Positions 18,494-28,299 of a DNA stretch of 64,000 nt are shown here, in pieces (position 1 is the first letter of the stretch; the number at the start of each line of letters is the position of its first letter). The DNA is from Candidatus Latescibacterota bacterium (GTDB lineage Bacteria; Latescibacterota; UBA2968). The notes under the pieces are model-generated. The model made no database searches. It saw nothing but the letters and a program-made list of their open reading frames with translations, and was not told the origin of the DNA. The translations under genes were made by a program, and so were the position numbers. Location: positions 3,008,001-3,072,000 of the forward strand of contig OZ244960.1 in NCBI GenBank assembly GCA_965222605.1, in the 5' to 3' direction.

Positions 18494-19183
18494 CTATCGA
18501 AACACGTCTATGCGCTTGATCACCACAGGTTTTATTGGTCGATCTCCCGGTGCGGTTTCGACCATTGCAATTTTGTTGACCACATCCATTCCCTTTGTCA
18601 CTTCTCCAAAAGCAGTATATTGAGTGTCCAAATTGGGCGAAGTCCCATGCATAATGAAAAATTGTGACCCGGCACCAGCCGACACATCTGAAATGCGTGC
18701 CATAGAAAGAATGCTCGGTACGTGTTTTATATCATTAAATTCATGAGGGATATGCACGAGCGGTCCCCCCATTCCATAGTCAGATGGATTATCGTCCTTT
18801 GAATTTGGATCGCCTCCCTGAATCATGAAATTTTTAATTACGCGATGAAACTTGGTATTGTCATAAAACCCGCTTTCTGCTCGCGTGATAAAGGCAAAAC
18901 AATGAACAGGTGCCTTTTCGGGATGGAACTTCAATTCGATATCGCCCATATTCGTCGCGATACGCGCCTTCACATTCCGAATCTGATTTACCAGAAACAG
19001 CATTCGGCCTCCGATTTCGCCGGCTCGCTCAATCTGGTTTTGTGCCTTGTTCAAAGAGCTTTTCAACGACCGATTCTCATTGTTCAACTTTTCATTGGCT
19101 TGTTTTAAATCTTCCATTCCGCTACCTCCACAGGCCGCTATCGAAAGACATAGCCCTAAAAAAACAAATCGTTTCATAGACAT
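18494..19183 (-). CDS. Cyclophilin-type peptidyl-prolyl isomerase lipoprotein with N-terminal coiled coil
   Basis: Lipobox IAAC, then FHRVIKNFMIQGGDP, LSMAR and GSQFFI. Confidence 0.92.
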   Translation of the reverse strand: MSMKRFVFLGLCLSIAACGGSGMEDLKQANEKLNNENRSLKSSLNKAQNQIERAGEIGGRMLFLVNQIRNVKARIATNMGDIELKFHPEKAPVHCFAFITRAESGFYDNTKFHRVIKNFMIQGGDPNSKDDNPSDYGMGGPLVHIPHEFNDIKHVPSILSMARISDVSAGAGSQFFIMHGTSPNLDTQYTAFGEVTKGMDVVNKIAMVETAPGDRPIKPVVIKRIDVFR

Positions 19184-19409
19184 TTCTCCTTTAAATCATA
19201 TTTCTAAATATAAGCCCAGACGCTCATCATAGGCAACAATCCGTTTGCACATCTCAGCGAAAATAAACAACCACCTGTCTGCAGGTGATTGTTACAATGA
19301 CTAAGCGTGGAAACAATACCCCCCAAATCTCTCTTGACAGTGGTTCTCCTCCACGCTTTATTGTTCGCGGAACAACACAAACCTCCACATTCCCAAGGAC
19401 AACATCATT

Positions 19410-20270
19410 ATGCGACTTGTTACATTTACTCACCAGGGACAGCGTCGGCTCGGTGCTCGATCAGGCGATTCGATCATTGACCTCAGTGCTGCCGATCCTT
19501 CGATTCCCTCCACCATGAAAGAATTTCTCGAAGCAGGCGATAATGCCATTTCCAGAGCCCAGGCAGTGATTGATAAAGGGGGCCATGCCATTTCTGCAAC
19601 AGATGTCACTGTTCATGCTCCCATCGACAATCCAGAAAAAATCATTTGCATAGGTCTCAACTACGCCGATCATGCCGCCGAGAGCGGTATGCCCATTCCC
19701 GACGAACCCATTGTCTTTTCCAAATATGCATCATCCATCATCGGACCCGATGAGAATATCGTGGCTCCCAGCGCGAGTTCCCAGGTTGACTACGAAGTCG
19801 AGCTTGTTGTCGCTATTGGCAAACGCGGTCGCAACATCTCTGAAGAAGATGCCCTCAACCACGTTGCGGGCTACATGGTCGGACACGACGTGAGTGCTCG
19901 TGATTACCAGCTCGAAAAACCAGGAGCACAATGGATGATGGGCAAAACCTTTGATACATTTGCTCCAATAGGACCTGATCTGGTCACAACCGACAATGTG
20001 CCCGATCCTCATAATCTGGGCATTCGCTGTATCCTCAATGGCGAAACAGTGCAGGATTCCAACACCTCTCAACTGATTTTCGGCGTACCCAAACTCATTG
20101 CTTATCTCACACATGTATTCACGCTTACCCCCGGAGATTTGATTTTTACCGGCACACCTCCCGGTGTGGGTATGGGGCGTGAGCCGCAACTCTGGCTCAA
20201 ACACGGCGACCATGTGATATGTGAAATTGATGGACTGGGACGACTCGAAAATCCGGTTGTTTCAGATTGA
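19410..20270 (+). CDS. Fumarylacetoacetate hydrolase family protein
   Basis: Motifs KIICIGLNYADH, DYEVEL, DVSARD, GKTFDTF and TGTPPGVG. Confidence 0.93.
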   Translation: MRLVTFTHQGQRRLGARSGDSIIDLSAADPSIPSTMKEFLEAGDNAISRAQAVIDKGGHAISATDVTVHAPIDNPEKIICIGLNYADHAAESGMPIPDEPIVFSKYASSIIGPDENIVAPSASSQVDYEVELVVAIGKRGRNISEEDALNHVAGYMVGHDVSARDYQLEKPGAQWMMGKTFDTFAPIGPDLVTTDNVPDPHNLGIRCILNGETVQDSNTSQLIFGVPKLIAYLTHVFTLTPGDLIFTGTPPGVGMGREPQLWLKHGDHVICEIDGLGRLENPVVSD

Positions 20271-20327
20271 GATATCCCAAAGTCACGGAAAACACTTCCA
20301 GAGGATTTGATGTTTGGGGAGGGAATG

Positions 20328-20678
20328 TCAAACAGAGGGCAAACGGCTCCGCAATTCTGTCAGCTCGCGTTCGAGATGATCCAATCTGAACGAAACTTCA
20401 CGCTCGTGCAACAGCCGATCAGCAGTACCCATACCATCGTGTATGATCGAAAGCCTGCGCTTGAGCTGTTCGCAGATGTGACCGACTTCTGATATATCGG
20501 CCTCGACCTGAGCCTGGCGTGTGCCTATTTTGTGAATCGCATCCTGCACATTTTGGAGGTCAGATCGAATTTCTACAAATTGCCTGGCGACCATTTGAGC
20601 GAAATTTTCTTGCGAAGACTCAATGGCGTCGCGAACGGTTTCTCGAATGAGATCGAGTTCGCCAGCATCAAAGGCCAT
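20328..20678 (-). CDS. Hypothetical coiled-coil protein (116 aa)
   Basis: Heptad-patterned sequence from MAFDAGEL. The upstream ORF extension is low-complexity and probably non-coding. Confidence 0.6.
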   Translation of the reverse strand: MAFDAGELDLIRETVRDAIESSQENFAQMVARQFVEIRSDLQNVQDAIHKIGTRQAQVEADISEVGHICEQLKRRLSIIHDGMGTADRLLHEREVSFRLDHLERELTELRSRLPSV

Positions 20679-20895
20679 GGGCGAATTCCTGAAAAGACAG
20701 ATGGAGTACGAAAAAATATCCGTACTTGAATGCTGGAAAAAAAAGGGGGAGAAAAAGGGGAAATGGGGAGGATAAGCCTGACGATCTGGGGAGAAAGGGG
20801 AATCAGAGCAAGATCGGTTTACCCTCCCCACCCAATAAAGAGAGACTTGAATTCAGGCAAAATATAATTTAACTGAATCGCGTTTCTCTTTATTT

Positions 20896-20940
20896 TTCAG
20901 GACATTATGTCCTGAACACACACAAACAAGTGTGTGTTCA
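20896..20940. promoter_or_regulatory. Two abutting inverted repeats (candidate operator/hairpins)
   Basis: TTCAGGACAT-T-ATGTCCTGAA (20896-20916) and TGAACACACAC-AAACAA-GTGTGTGTTCA (20913-20940), in a divergent intergenic region. Confidence 0.5.
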
Positions 20941-21127
20941 GTGCCTTCTGTGTGGGGAGTAACAGAATGCACTGACCAAAATATACACTGTCAAGTTTGT
21001 GTTGTCAAGAAAAAATGTTTTCATCTAACTCATCTATTTCTCAAGAATTTAGCTTGCCACGCGGCTCTTTTCAATTCATATTATGTTATGAAACTTTTAA
21101 ATGCGACTGACCTTTTGGGAGGGGTGT

Positions 21128-21631
21128 ATGAGGTTTGGTGAAATAATAAAACAAGCTCGTACTGGCCGATTTAGCCAGCAGGCTTTGGGTGAAAGTATTG
21201 GGGTGTGGGGCACTTATATCTATCAAATAGAAAAAGGCGAACGCATACCATCCGACGACGTGTGTACGAATCTTGCAAAAGCACTCGATCTCGATCCTCA
21301 ATTGCTTCTTTTTTTGGCGTATAAAGAACGCGCACAGAAAACAACCGAAGGCCGCAGACTTTTTACACAGATGGAAAAACTGATGACAGACCCTGTCATT
21401 AGCCAGGTAATTGCCGACCCAAAAATGCTTGACTCAGGCATTGTCAAAGCACTTCAGATTCCCAATATCCGCAAGGTACTCAAGAACAAGCAGTGGTGCG
21501 AAGCCCTGAACGCGAGTGCTTCAACTACAGACCGGGATATTCCCGAACTCATTAAGATTATCACCCAGATCCCCGCCCAACAATGGCAAGCATTGCTCAG
21601 TACAGCAAAAGCTTTTGCAGGCATAACTTGA
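21128..21631 (+). CDS. XRE-family helix-turn-helix regulator with C-terminal extension
   Basis: FGEIIKQAR...SQQALGESIGV...YIYQIEKGERIPS; RBS GGAGGGG. Confidence 0.85.
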   Translation: MRFGEIIKQARTGRFSQQALGESIGVWGTYIYQIEKGERIPSDDVCTNLAKALDLDPQLLLFLAYKERAQKTTEGRRLFTQMEKLMTDPVISQVIADPKMLDSGIVKALQIPNIRKVLKNKQWCEALNASASTTDRDIPELIKIITQIPAQQWQALLSTAKAFAGIT

Positions 21632-21738
21632 TCATATTAATGAAATTGAGGTGTATAATTTTCTACAGGATATTTCTGAAAGAAGCCACAGAATAGCGAT
21701 TACCATTACTGGCATGGCCTGAAATCCCCATTAAAATC

Positions 21739-21777
21739 AAAAAAGCCCGTTTTCTCGCGTTGAGAAACGGGCTTTTT
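21739..21777. terminator. Bidirectional intrinsic terminator
   Basis: AAAAAAGCCCGTTTTCTC-GCGTT-GAGAAACGGGCTTTTT. Confidence 0.85.
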
Positions 21778-21844
21778 ACATATTCTCTCAGGTTGTGATT
21801 ATCAATAATAAGTTAATCTACACTTCTATTTACTAACTTCCTAA

Positions 21845-21860
21845 TGTTTCACGTGGAACG
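21845..21860. promoter_or_regulatory. parS centromere-like site 1
   Basis: TGTTTCACGTGGAACG versus consensus TGTTNCACGTGAAACA; at the rsmG 3' end, near oriC. Confidence 0.85.
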
Positions 21861-21892
21861 GTTTACAACTGGTCGCAGTCCAGACCAGTTCA
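21858..21892 (+). repeat. Hairpin mini-element copy D (35 bp) in parS1; supplies the rsmG stop codon
   Basis: ACGGTTTACAACTGGTC-GCAGTCCA-GACCAGTTCA. Confidence 0.8.
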
Positions 21893-22528
21893 ACGTCTTT
21901 TAAGAAAGACAAAGGAACGTTTTCGTTCCATAAATGGTAAAGTCAAAGTGGCTTCAGTAGCATAGATGTCGCGTGGAACACCGTTTGTGAACTCGCTAAG
22001 AGCACATGGCCCTTTCATTGAAATAAGCACACCGCGGGGGGCGAGAAAAGGTTCAACCCAATTCCAGAGTTGGGGAAGCCGTGCAACTGCACGGGCTGTA
22101 CCAATCAGAAATTTACCCGCGAATGAGGAATCTCCAATAAGGTTCTCAGCGCGACTTCTGATAGCGAAAGTGCTTTGAAGGCCGAGCGCAGTAATCGTTT
22201 CCTGGAGAAAAAGGGCTTTCATGCGGGCGGGTTCGAGGAGATAAACTTCGAGGTCGGACCTCATAATCTTGATCACAATACCCGGCAGACCAGCACCCGA
22301 ACCCAAATCGAGGAGAGGTCCATCCATTGGAAGGTGCGGTACCAGCGAGAGACAATCGAGAATATGACGCTCCCATATAAAATTGCGGTCATTGCGGGAG
22401 ATCAATCGAACGCGAGCCGACCAATTGGTAAGCAAATTGACGTATTGCTGGAGCCTGACGACCTGTTCCTGAGAAAAAGAAAGGTCAAAGGACCTCTCCG
22501 CAAGCTCAATGGCCTCATTGGGTTGCAT
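21890..22528 (-). CDS. rsmG: 16S rRNA m7G527 methyltransferase RsmG (GidB)
   Basis: Motifs RHILDCL, LLDLGSGAGLPGI, RAE, ARAVA and MKG. Confidence 0.95.
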   Translation of the reverse strand: MQPNEAIELAERSFDLSFSQEQVVRLQQYVNLLTNWSARVRLISRNDRNFIWERHILDCLSLVPHLPMDGPLLDLGSGAGLPGIVIKIMRSDLEVYLLEPARMKALFLQETITALGLQSTFAIRSRAENLIGDSSFAGKFLIGTARAVARLPQLWNWVEPFLAPRGVLISMKGPCALSEFTNGVPRDIYATEATLTLPFMERKRSFVFLKRR

Positions 22529-22575
22529 TGGATATACCTTTAGAAAGACGTAAGACGACCGCCCAACCCCTCTTA

Positions 22576-22591
22576 TGTTTCACGTGAAACG
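22576..22591. promoter_or_regulatory. parS centromere-like site 2
   Basis: TGTTTCACGTGAAACG, 15/16 match to TGTTTCACGTGAAACA, between mnmE and rsmG. Confidence 0.9.
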
Positions 22592-22623
22592 GTGTACAAC
22601 TGGTCGTTTCTCAGACCAGTTCA
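22589..22623 (+). repeat. Hairpin mini-element copy E (35 bp) in parS2
   Basis: ACGGTGTACAACTGGTC-GTTTCTCA-GACCAGTTCA. Removing it restores the perfect palindrome ATGTTTCACGTGAAACAT. Confidence 0.85.
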
Positions 22624-22626
22624 ACA

Positions 22627-23973
22627 TTATTTGCCAATGCAAAAGGTTTTGAAGATTCGATCAAGAACATCATCTGGGGTAGTCTCCCCAATGATCGCGG
22701 CAAGCGCGTCGAGTGCAACGCGGAGATCCATGGCAATAATTTCCCCTGGATTGCCGAATTCAAGGCTTTGAAGAGCCTGGGAGAGTCCCGTTGAAGCCTG
22801 TTGAAGTGCGAGAACATGCCGTTCTTTGGTAACGATCTCGTCAGGCAGGTCGCTCTTTCCCAGGAGAGTCTCGCGAAGGCGATCACGCAGGGTGGAGATG
22901 CCATCGCCTGTTTTGGCTGAAAGAATAAGTTGGGGATGGAGAGACTGAACGCTTTGCCAACCCGTGTAGATACCGAGGTCGCTCTTATTGAGAACAAGAA
23001 ATGCGTGATCAAAACGACTGATGTTGTCCAGATCCAGGGTAGATGGAGGAAGCGATCCATCTACAATATAGAGAACAATAGCTGCGCGGTCTATGAATTG
23101 TTGAGACCGACGCGTACCCTCTCGTTCCACCGGGTCGTCGGTGTCGCGAATACCAGCAGTATCAACCAGTGTCACAGTGATTCCATTGAGATCTATCTGC
23201 TCTTCAATTGTGTCCCGAGTTGTACCGGGAATATCTGTAACAATCGCGCGGTCTTCTTCAAGAAGTCGGTTAAGAAGGCTGGATTTTCCCACATTGGGTT
23301 GACCTGCGAGAGTGATGACAGCCCCTTCACGAATAATTTTTCCGCGTTCATACGAAAGAATGAGATCTTCAATATGCCTTGAAGCCTGAGAGATCGGTGG
23401 CTTAATCATCTCGACATCTATCTCTACATCCTCGGAAAAGTCTAAACCGGCTTCAAGAAGCATGGCAGCCTGACGAATAGATTCTGCCATTTTTACGAAA
23501 CGGCGATGAAGCCCTCCTCGGAGTTGAAAAAAAGCAGATTGGAGGCTCAGATCAGATTTCGCGGTGATCATATCAGAAACTGCTTCGGCCTGTGAGAGGT
23601 CTATTTTACCGTTGAGGAAAGCTCGCCTGGTAAATTCACCAGGACCAGCGGGTCGAGCACCTTCATGGAAAATTGCTTCCATAATCCGTCTGAGGAGAAA
23701 AGGTCCCCCATGACAGTTAAATTCAACCGTATCGTCGCCGGTAAAGGAATTGGGGGCGCGCATGACTGAGATCAGGATTTTGTCAAAATCCCGACCCTGA
23801 ATGTAGAGATGTCCAAAAGAAAGTTGGCGAGACGGAAGGCGGCTGAGGGCGGTTTTGCCTTTGAAGAGATGTTCTGCTATTGAGATGGCATCTGGTCCGC
23901 TGAGCCTGATGATGCCAATTGCCCCTTCACCTGGAGCAGTGGCGATTGCGGCAATGGTATCTTTGTCAGACAT
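22627..23973 (-). CDS. mnmE: tRNA modification GTPase MnmE (TrmE)
   Basis: Motifs DTIAAIATAPG, GQPNVGKSS, GTTRD, DTAGIR, NKSD and C-terminal FCIGK. Confidence 0.97.
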   Translation of the reverse strand: MSDKDTIAAIATAPGEGAIGIIRLSGPDAISIAEHLFKGKTALSRLPSRQLSFGHLYIQGRDFDKILISVMRAPNSFTGDDTVEFNCHGGPFLLRRIMEAIFHEGARPAGPGEFTRRAFLNGKIDLSQAEAVSDMITAKSDLSLQSAFFQLRGGLHRRFVKMAESIRQAAMLLEAGLDFSEDVEIDVEMIKPPISQASRHIEDLILSYERGKIIREGAVITLAGQPNVGKSSLLNRLLEEDRAIVTDIPGTTRDTIEEQIDLNGITVTLVDTAGIRDTDDPVEREGTRRSQQFIDRAAIVLYIVDGSLPPSTLDLDNISRFDHAFLVLNKSDLGIYTGWQSVQSLHPQLILSAKTGDGISTLRDRLRETLLGKSDLPDEIVTKERHVLALQQASTGLSQALQSLEFGNPGEIIAMDLRVALDALAAIIGETTPDDVLDRIFKTFCIGK

Positions 23974-23986
23974 AGAAATAAACCGA

Positions 23987-25690
23987 TCAGGACGTGCCCA
24001 ACATCGATTTGGTTCTTTCCATAATGATCTGCTGGGCGAGGGTCAGCACATTGTAGAGCGTGTAATAAAACACGAGACCTGAAGACATAGTCCAGAAAAT
24101 ATAGGTGAGAAAGACGGGCATGATATACACAAGGACAGCCTGTTTGGGATCTTTCATCATCATCTTTTGCTGAATAAACATCGACACGCCCATTAAAAGA
24201 GGCAAGAGGTGCAGGTCAAAACCGCCAATGGGGATGGTATCTGGTTGGGAAAGATCGGTGATCCAGAGAGCGAATCCAGCTTGCCGGAGTTCAATAGTAC
24301 CACGAAAGAGAGAGAAAAGAGAAAACAGTATGGGCATCTGTAAAACCATAGGCAAACATCCACCGATGGGGTTGATCTTCTCCTCCCGGTAGAGTTTCAT
24401 CATGGCCGTGTTCATCTTTTGCTGGTCTTTAGCATAACGCTCGCGGAGTTCGGCAATTTTGGGTTGGAGAGTCTGCATCTTGGCAGTGGATTCAAGACTC
24501 TTGTGCGTGAGTGGGAAAACAACGACCTTGACGAGAATAGAAAAAAGAATTATGACCACGCCGTAGTTTGGAACCAGAGCGTGCATGGCCAGGAAGGCTT
24601 TAAGAATTAAAATTGTAACTGGCTTGAGAATGGCGCGCACAAAATAAGGACCGTAATCGACAAAGTCATCGAGGTTCAGTTCTCGTTCAAGTCCATCAAA
24701 GTCATGATTTTGAGCACGCAAAATGTTATAAGAAATTGGGCCAATATATGCGGAGTAATTGATAATATTAAGTCCAGAATCAGCATACATATCAAAAGCA
24801 AAATCGCGATAAGAAAAGCCAAGTGGGTCAATTATAGTATCACCGTATAGGGCGAGGTCATAACGACCATCGTTGGGGATAACCGCGGCGAGAAAGTATT
24901 TATTTCTTACGCCAATCCAGGTCAGTTGACCGCTCGGGGGCGTCTCTTTTTCCTGAAGGCGGTCTGTATCCCATGTTTCAACTTCCCCTCCCATGTAGGT
25001 GACGATTTGTTCGTAAGCACCTTCGTAAAAACTCTCTGAAGTACCGCGCTTATTTTCTGTATCAGCGAGACCACCATCCCATGTTATCGCCAATTTATCA
25101 TCTCGAGCAAGCCCTTCAGCTATGACGGAAACGTGAATGCGATATCGGTTGCCCTGAAAACGGAAACGTTTCTCGACTGGACCACGCGGAGATTGAGCGC
25201 GAAATACGATCAAGTCTTGCGTATCACCATAAATGTCAAGGCGATCGCGATCGGGGATAAATTCGAGACTATTGAGGGACTCACTTGCAATAGTAGCTCC
25301 AAGTCCAGCACCGTTGGGTGCCATCACTTCCAGCCAATTGCCATTGCCATCAAAGTAGGTCTTGAGTTGCCAACTGGTAATTACGCCACCGCGCGTGGAG
25401 ATGACAGCGCGGTAGAGTTCGGCATCTATGACAATATCACGTGCCTGGAACGTCGATGTAGAGGCTGGCTTTTCGTCCTGGATAGGAGGTTGCTGGATTT
25501 CTGGTTGTTGTGTGGGTTGACGTTCGGGAGATGTATCAGTAATCTGCGGTGGTTCAGTTTGGCGAGGGGCAGGTTTTTTTACAGGATTAGAAGGCTGAGG
25601 AGTGTCACCCTGCTGGAATTGCATGTAATACGGCATCAGTATCAAAATCAGGCCGATTAACGCAAAGGCAATTACCGTGCGTTTATCCAT
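23987..25690 (-). CDS. yidC: Membrane protein insertase YidC
   Basis: N-terminal TM, periplasmic domain, NYGVVII, LQPKI, GGCLPMVLQMPI and WITDLS. Confidence 0.96.
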   Translation of the reverse strand: MDKRTVIAFALIGLILILMPYYMQFQQGDTPQPSNPVKKPAPRQTEPPQITDTSPERQPTQQPEIQQPPIQDEKPASTSTFQARDIVIDAELYRAVISTRGGVITSWQLKTYFDGNGNWLEVMAPNGAGLGATIASESLNSLEFIPDRDRLDIYGDTQDLIVFRAQSPRGPVEKRFRFQGNRYRIHVSVIAEGLARDDKLAITWDGGLADTENKRGTSESFYEGAYEQIVTYMGGEVETWDTDRLQEKETPPSGQLTWIGVRNKYFLAAVIPNDGRYDLALYGDTIIDPLGFSYRDFAFDMYADSGLNIINYSAYIGPISYNILRAQNHDFDGLERELNLDDFVDYGPYFVRAILKPVTILILKAFLAMHALVPNYGVVIILFSILVKVVVFPLTHKSLESTAKMQTLQPKIAELRERYAKDQQKMNTAMMKLYREEKINPIGGCLPMVLQMPILFSLFSLFRGTIELRQAGFALWITDLSQPDTIPIGGFDLHLLPLLMGVSMFIQQKMMMKDPKQAVLVYIMPVFLTYIFWTMSSGLVFYYTLYNVLTLAQQIIMERTKSMLGTS

Positions 25691-25757
25691 AGATTAAGTC
25701 CTTCTACATATTTGATTGAGAATAGTCGATGAAAGGAAGGAATTGCAAAAAAGGAGA

Positions 25758-26105
25758 TCAAGAGTCGATAAGACCGAGCTTTTGAAACGCGAGGTGTAGT
25801 TCCAGACGGAGTTCGGCATAAGAGACACCGTAAGCGTGGTCTCCTATGGAGATAATCATCAAACAGTGAGGATGGCCTAAAGGTATTAGTTCGGAACATA
25901 TTGCACGTACTTGCCGGCGGATGCGATTGCGCCGAACTGCGTTTCCAAATTTTTTCCTAATTGAAATGAGCGTTAGATCCATCTCGGAAGTACCAATCCG
26001 AACATGAACCCAACGCCCACGAAAGATTTGGCCGTGCTGTCGAATTTTCGCTATTTCGCGTCGAATGCGTAGGTTGGGTGTTCCCATAACACACCTACAT
26101 ATCAA
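25758..26105 (-). CDS. rnpA: Ribonuclease P protein component
   Basis: RNR motif [14 protein letters not shown]; lies between rpmH and yidC. Start codon uncertain. Confidence 0.88.
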   Translation of the reverse strand: MICRCVMGTPNLRIRREIAKIRQHGQIFRGRWVHVRIGTSEMDLTLISIRKKFGNAVRRNRIRRQVRAICSELIPLGHPHCLMIISIGDHAYGVSYAELRLELHLAFQKLGLIDS

Positions 26106-26236
26106 TGCGATAGCTGCTTGCGACCCTTTCGGCGCCGTCGATTGAGCACATGGCGACCACCAGGAGAACTCATGCGAGCGCGAAAACCATGTTTATTTTT
26201 GCGCTTGCGATTATGTGGTTGAAACGTCCGTTTCAT
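26102..26236 (-). CDS. rpmH: 50S ribosomal protein L34 (below the ORF-track size cutoff)
   Basis: Translates to [44 protein letters not shown]; RBS GAGGT. Confidence 0.97.
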   Translation of the reverse strand: MKRTFQPHNRKRKNKHGFRARMSSPGGRHVLNRRRRKGRKQLSH

Positions 26237-26356
26237 CAAACCACCTCGTATCTACAAAAATTTCAATTATCTATATCGACAAAGAGTTTGGAATATAGAT
26301 GTGCATATCTCGTTTGTCAAGGGATTTCCCCTTGATGGGAGACCTGTGTAATTACA

Positions 26357-26372
26357 CTACTATATATGGTGT
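26357..26372. promoter_or_regulatory. NrdR-box-like site in the rpmH-dnaA intergenic region
   Basis: CTACTATATATGGTGT matches the acaCwAtATaTwGtgt consensus. Confidence 0.5.
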
Positions 26373-26764
26373 ACATTTTTTTTGTACACCCTATATTGAC
26401 TTTTTGCTATTATTTTATTATTTTTCAAATGTTTATTAATATTTTTCTTTGACCAAAACTCACTTGACACCGCTTATTTCATTGCTTAGTTTTCGATTAG
26501 CTTTCAGAATCTTTTGAAATTCACTTTTGAAGTGGATTCCCCCACCGTGATCTGCTGTTAAAAATAACCGAACTATTTCGATTTCAAAATCTCAGAATAC
26601 TTTCAATGTTCCTTCCCTCAATTGAGAGCCCCCCTTCTTCTGACGCGAAATCAACCTCCCTTATATTCGGATTTCTCAGACAACGGTTTCCATCTCTTAA
26701 AGCACCCTCTTGATATGTCCTTTAGTTGGCGCGTGTTTGCCAGCCATAGACGGATATTTGCACT

Positions 26765-28147
26765 ATGGATGAACGCTCTTCTAACTTATGGAACCGGTGT
26801 CTCCACGCCATCCAGGAAAAAATACAGGATCAAAGTTTTGAAACCTGGTTCGCTCCTATTACGGCGCGGCAATTTACCTCTGAAGAAGCTATTCTGGTGG
26901 TGCCAGAGAGAATTTATGCCGATTGGTTAGAACAAAATTACATCGGGTTGATCAAAACGACCATCCAGGAAGTCTTCACATGGAATCCGCGGATAACTTT
27001 TACGGTTGGTAATACTCATCAACAGATGTCATCTCCTGTGACACATGGTCCCGAATTTATGCACGGAGCACCTCTCGATTCCGTATCTGCGGTGCCATCT
27101 CTTCATCCTGGACCTGTCCAACCTGTATTTCCTCTGAATCCACGCTACCGGTTTGACAATTTTGTTGTCGGTGACAGCAATGAGGTGTCGTTTTCGGCAG
27201 CAAAAGCCACAGCAGAGTTACCTGGACAAACAGCTTTTAATCCCCTTGTCCTTTATAGCGGCGTTGGATTGGGAAAAACCCACCTGTTACAGGCCATTGG
27301 TGCATACTGTATCGAAATGGGGACAGCTCAACGGGTAGTTTATGTTACTGCACAACAGTTTCTTACAGATTATTTAGAAGGAATCAATCGCGGAACAACC
27401 TCTAATTTCTATCAAACCTATCGCCAGGCGGATGTGTTGCTGGTTGATGACATCCAGTATTATGTGAAAACCGAAGGTTGCCAAAGAGAGTTTATCCATA
27501 CATTTAATGCCCTATTTCAAGCAGATAAACAGATCATCATCAGCTCTGATCGTCCGCCGTCTCATCTCAAGGGGTTTGAAGATCGGTTGATTTCTCGGTT
27601 TCAATGGGGTTTGGTTACAAATATCGAAGCACCAGACCTTCCCACGCGTGTGGCGATTTTAATGCAAAAAGCAGAAGAAATGGGCGTTTCATTGTCCCAC
27701 GAAATTGCGAGTTTCTTAGCTGAACAGATCGATACCAATATACGCGAACTTGAAGGTGCATTAAAACGCCTGGTGGCCTTTACCAAATTACAACGCTATC
27801 CACTCACGATTGAAACAGCGCGAAAGACGCTGCTAAGTCCGCCCCAAAAGACCAAACCGACTGTTACTATTGAGAGCATTCAAAAAGCTGCAGCCCACTT
27901 TTTTGAAATACCTTTAGATAAACTGGTGGGTACAACCCGAAAGCAAGATGTGGCAACAGCCCGGCATGTGAGTATGTATTTGAGCAAATCTCTTACAGGT
28001 GCTCCACTCAAGACCATTGGTGTGCAATTTGGAAATCGCGATCACAGCACAGTTATTCACGCCTGCCGGAGAGTAGAGAGCAAAATATCGTCGGATCCAG
28101 AATTCGAACATCTTGTAAGTGAACTACAAGATCATATCGTAGGTTAA
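26765..28147 (+). CDS. dnaA: Chromosomal replication initiator DnaA
   Basis: Motifs SFETWF, YRFDNFVVG, NPLVLYSGVGLGKTHL, LLVDDIQ, RLISRF, NIRELEGAL and RDHSTVIHA. Confidence 0.98.
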   Translation: MDERSSNLWNRCLHAIQEKIQDQSFETWFAPITARQFTSEEAILVVPERIYADWLEQNYIGLIKTTIQEVFTWNPRITFTVGNTHQQMSSPVTHGPEFMHGAPLDSVSAVPSLHPGPVQPVFPLNPRYRFDNFVVGDSNEVSFSAAKATAELPGQTAFNPLVLYSGVGLGKTHLLQAIGAYCIEMGTAQRVVYVTAQQFLTDYLEGINRGTTSNFYQTYRQADVLLVDDIQYYVKTEGCQREFIHTFNALFQADKQIIISSDRPPSHLKGFEDRLISRFQWGLVTNIEAPDLPTRVAILMQKAEEMGVSLSHEIASFLAEQIDTNIRELEGALKRLVAFTKLQRYPLTIETARKTLLSPPQKTKPTVTIESIQKAAAHFFEIPLDKLVGTTRKQDVATARHVSMYLSKSLTGAPLKTIGVQFGNRDHSTVIHACRRVESKISSDPEFEHLVSELQDHIVG

Positions 28148-28194
28148 GGAGTAAAAGCCCAGTAATGACATAAACAGATAGATCTTAAAAATAT

Positions 28195-28230
28195 GCCCCA
28201 GACTCCCGTAGAGGTCTGGGGTTTATTTTT
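28195..28230 (+). terminator. Intrinsic terminator after dnaA
   Basis: GCCCCAGAC-N10-GTCTGGGGT followed by TTATTTTT. Confidence 0.75.
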
Positions 28231-28299
28231 ATCGATTATATTCCTGTTTTATTGGTCGAGAAATAATGCCACCGGATGTCCAGGAGGTCATTTACTCAC

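Noticed and set aside
18319-18519. 66-aa ORF (VENYVDNF...)
   Set aside because: The peptide is a by-product of DnaA-box sequence.
21965-21980. Third parS-like sequence GATGTCGCGTGGAACA in rsmG
   Set aside because: Only one good half-site; too many mismatches.
23218-23228. AGTTGTACCGG partial match to the mini-element inside mnmE
   Set aside because: It encodes the conserved PGTT(RD) GTPase motif and has no hairpin or TTCA end.
25691-25757. Possible yidD between rnpA and yidC
   Set aside because: The gap is only about 67 bp and has no CRFxPTCS motif.
26237-26764. Structured ncRNA or riboswitch in the long dnaA leader
   Set aside because: No recognisable conserved motif by eye; an Rfam/Infernal scan would be needed.
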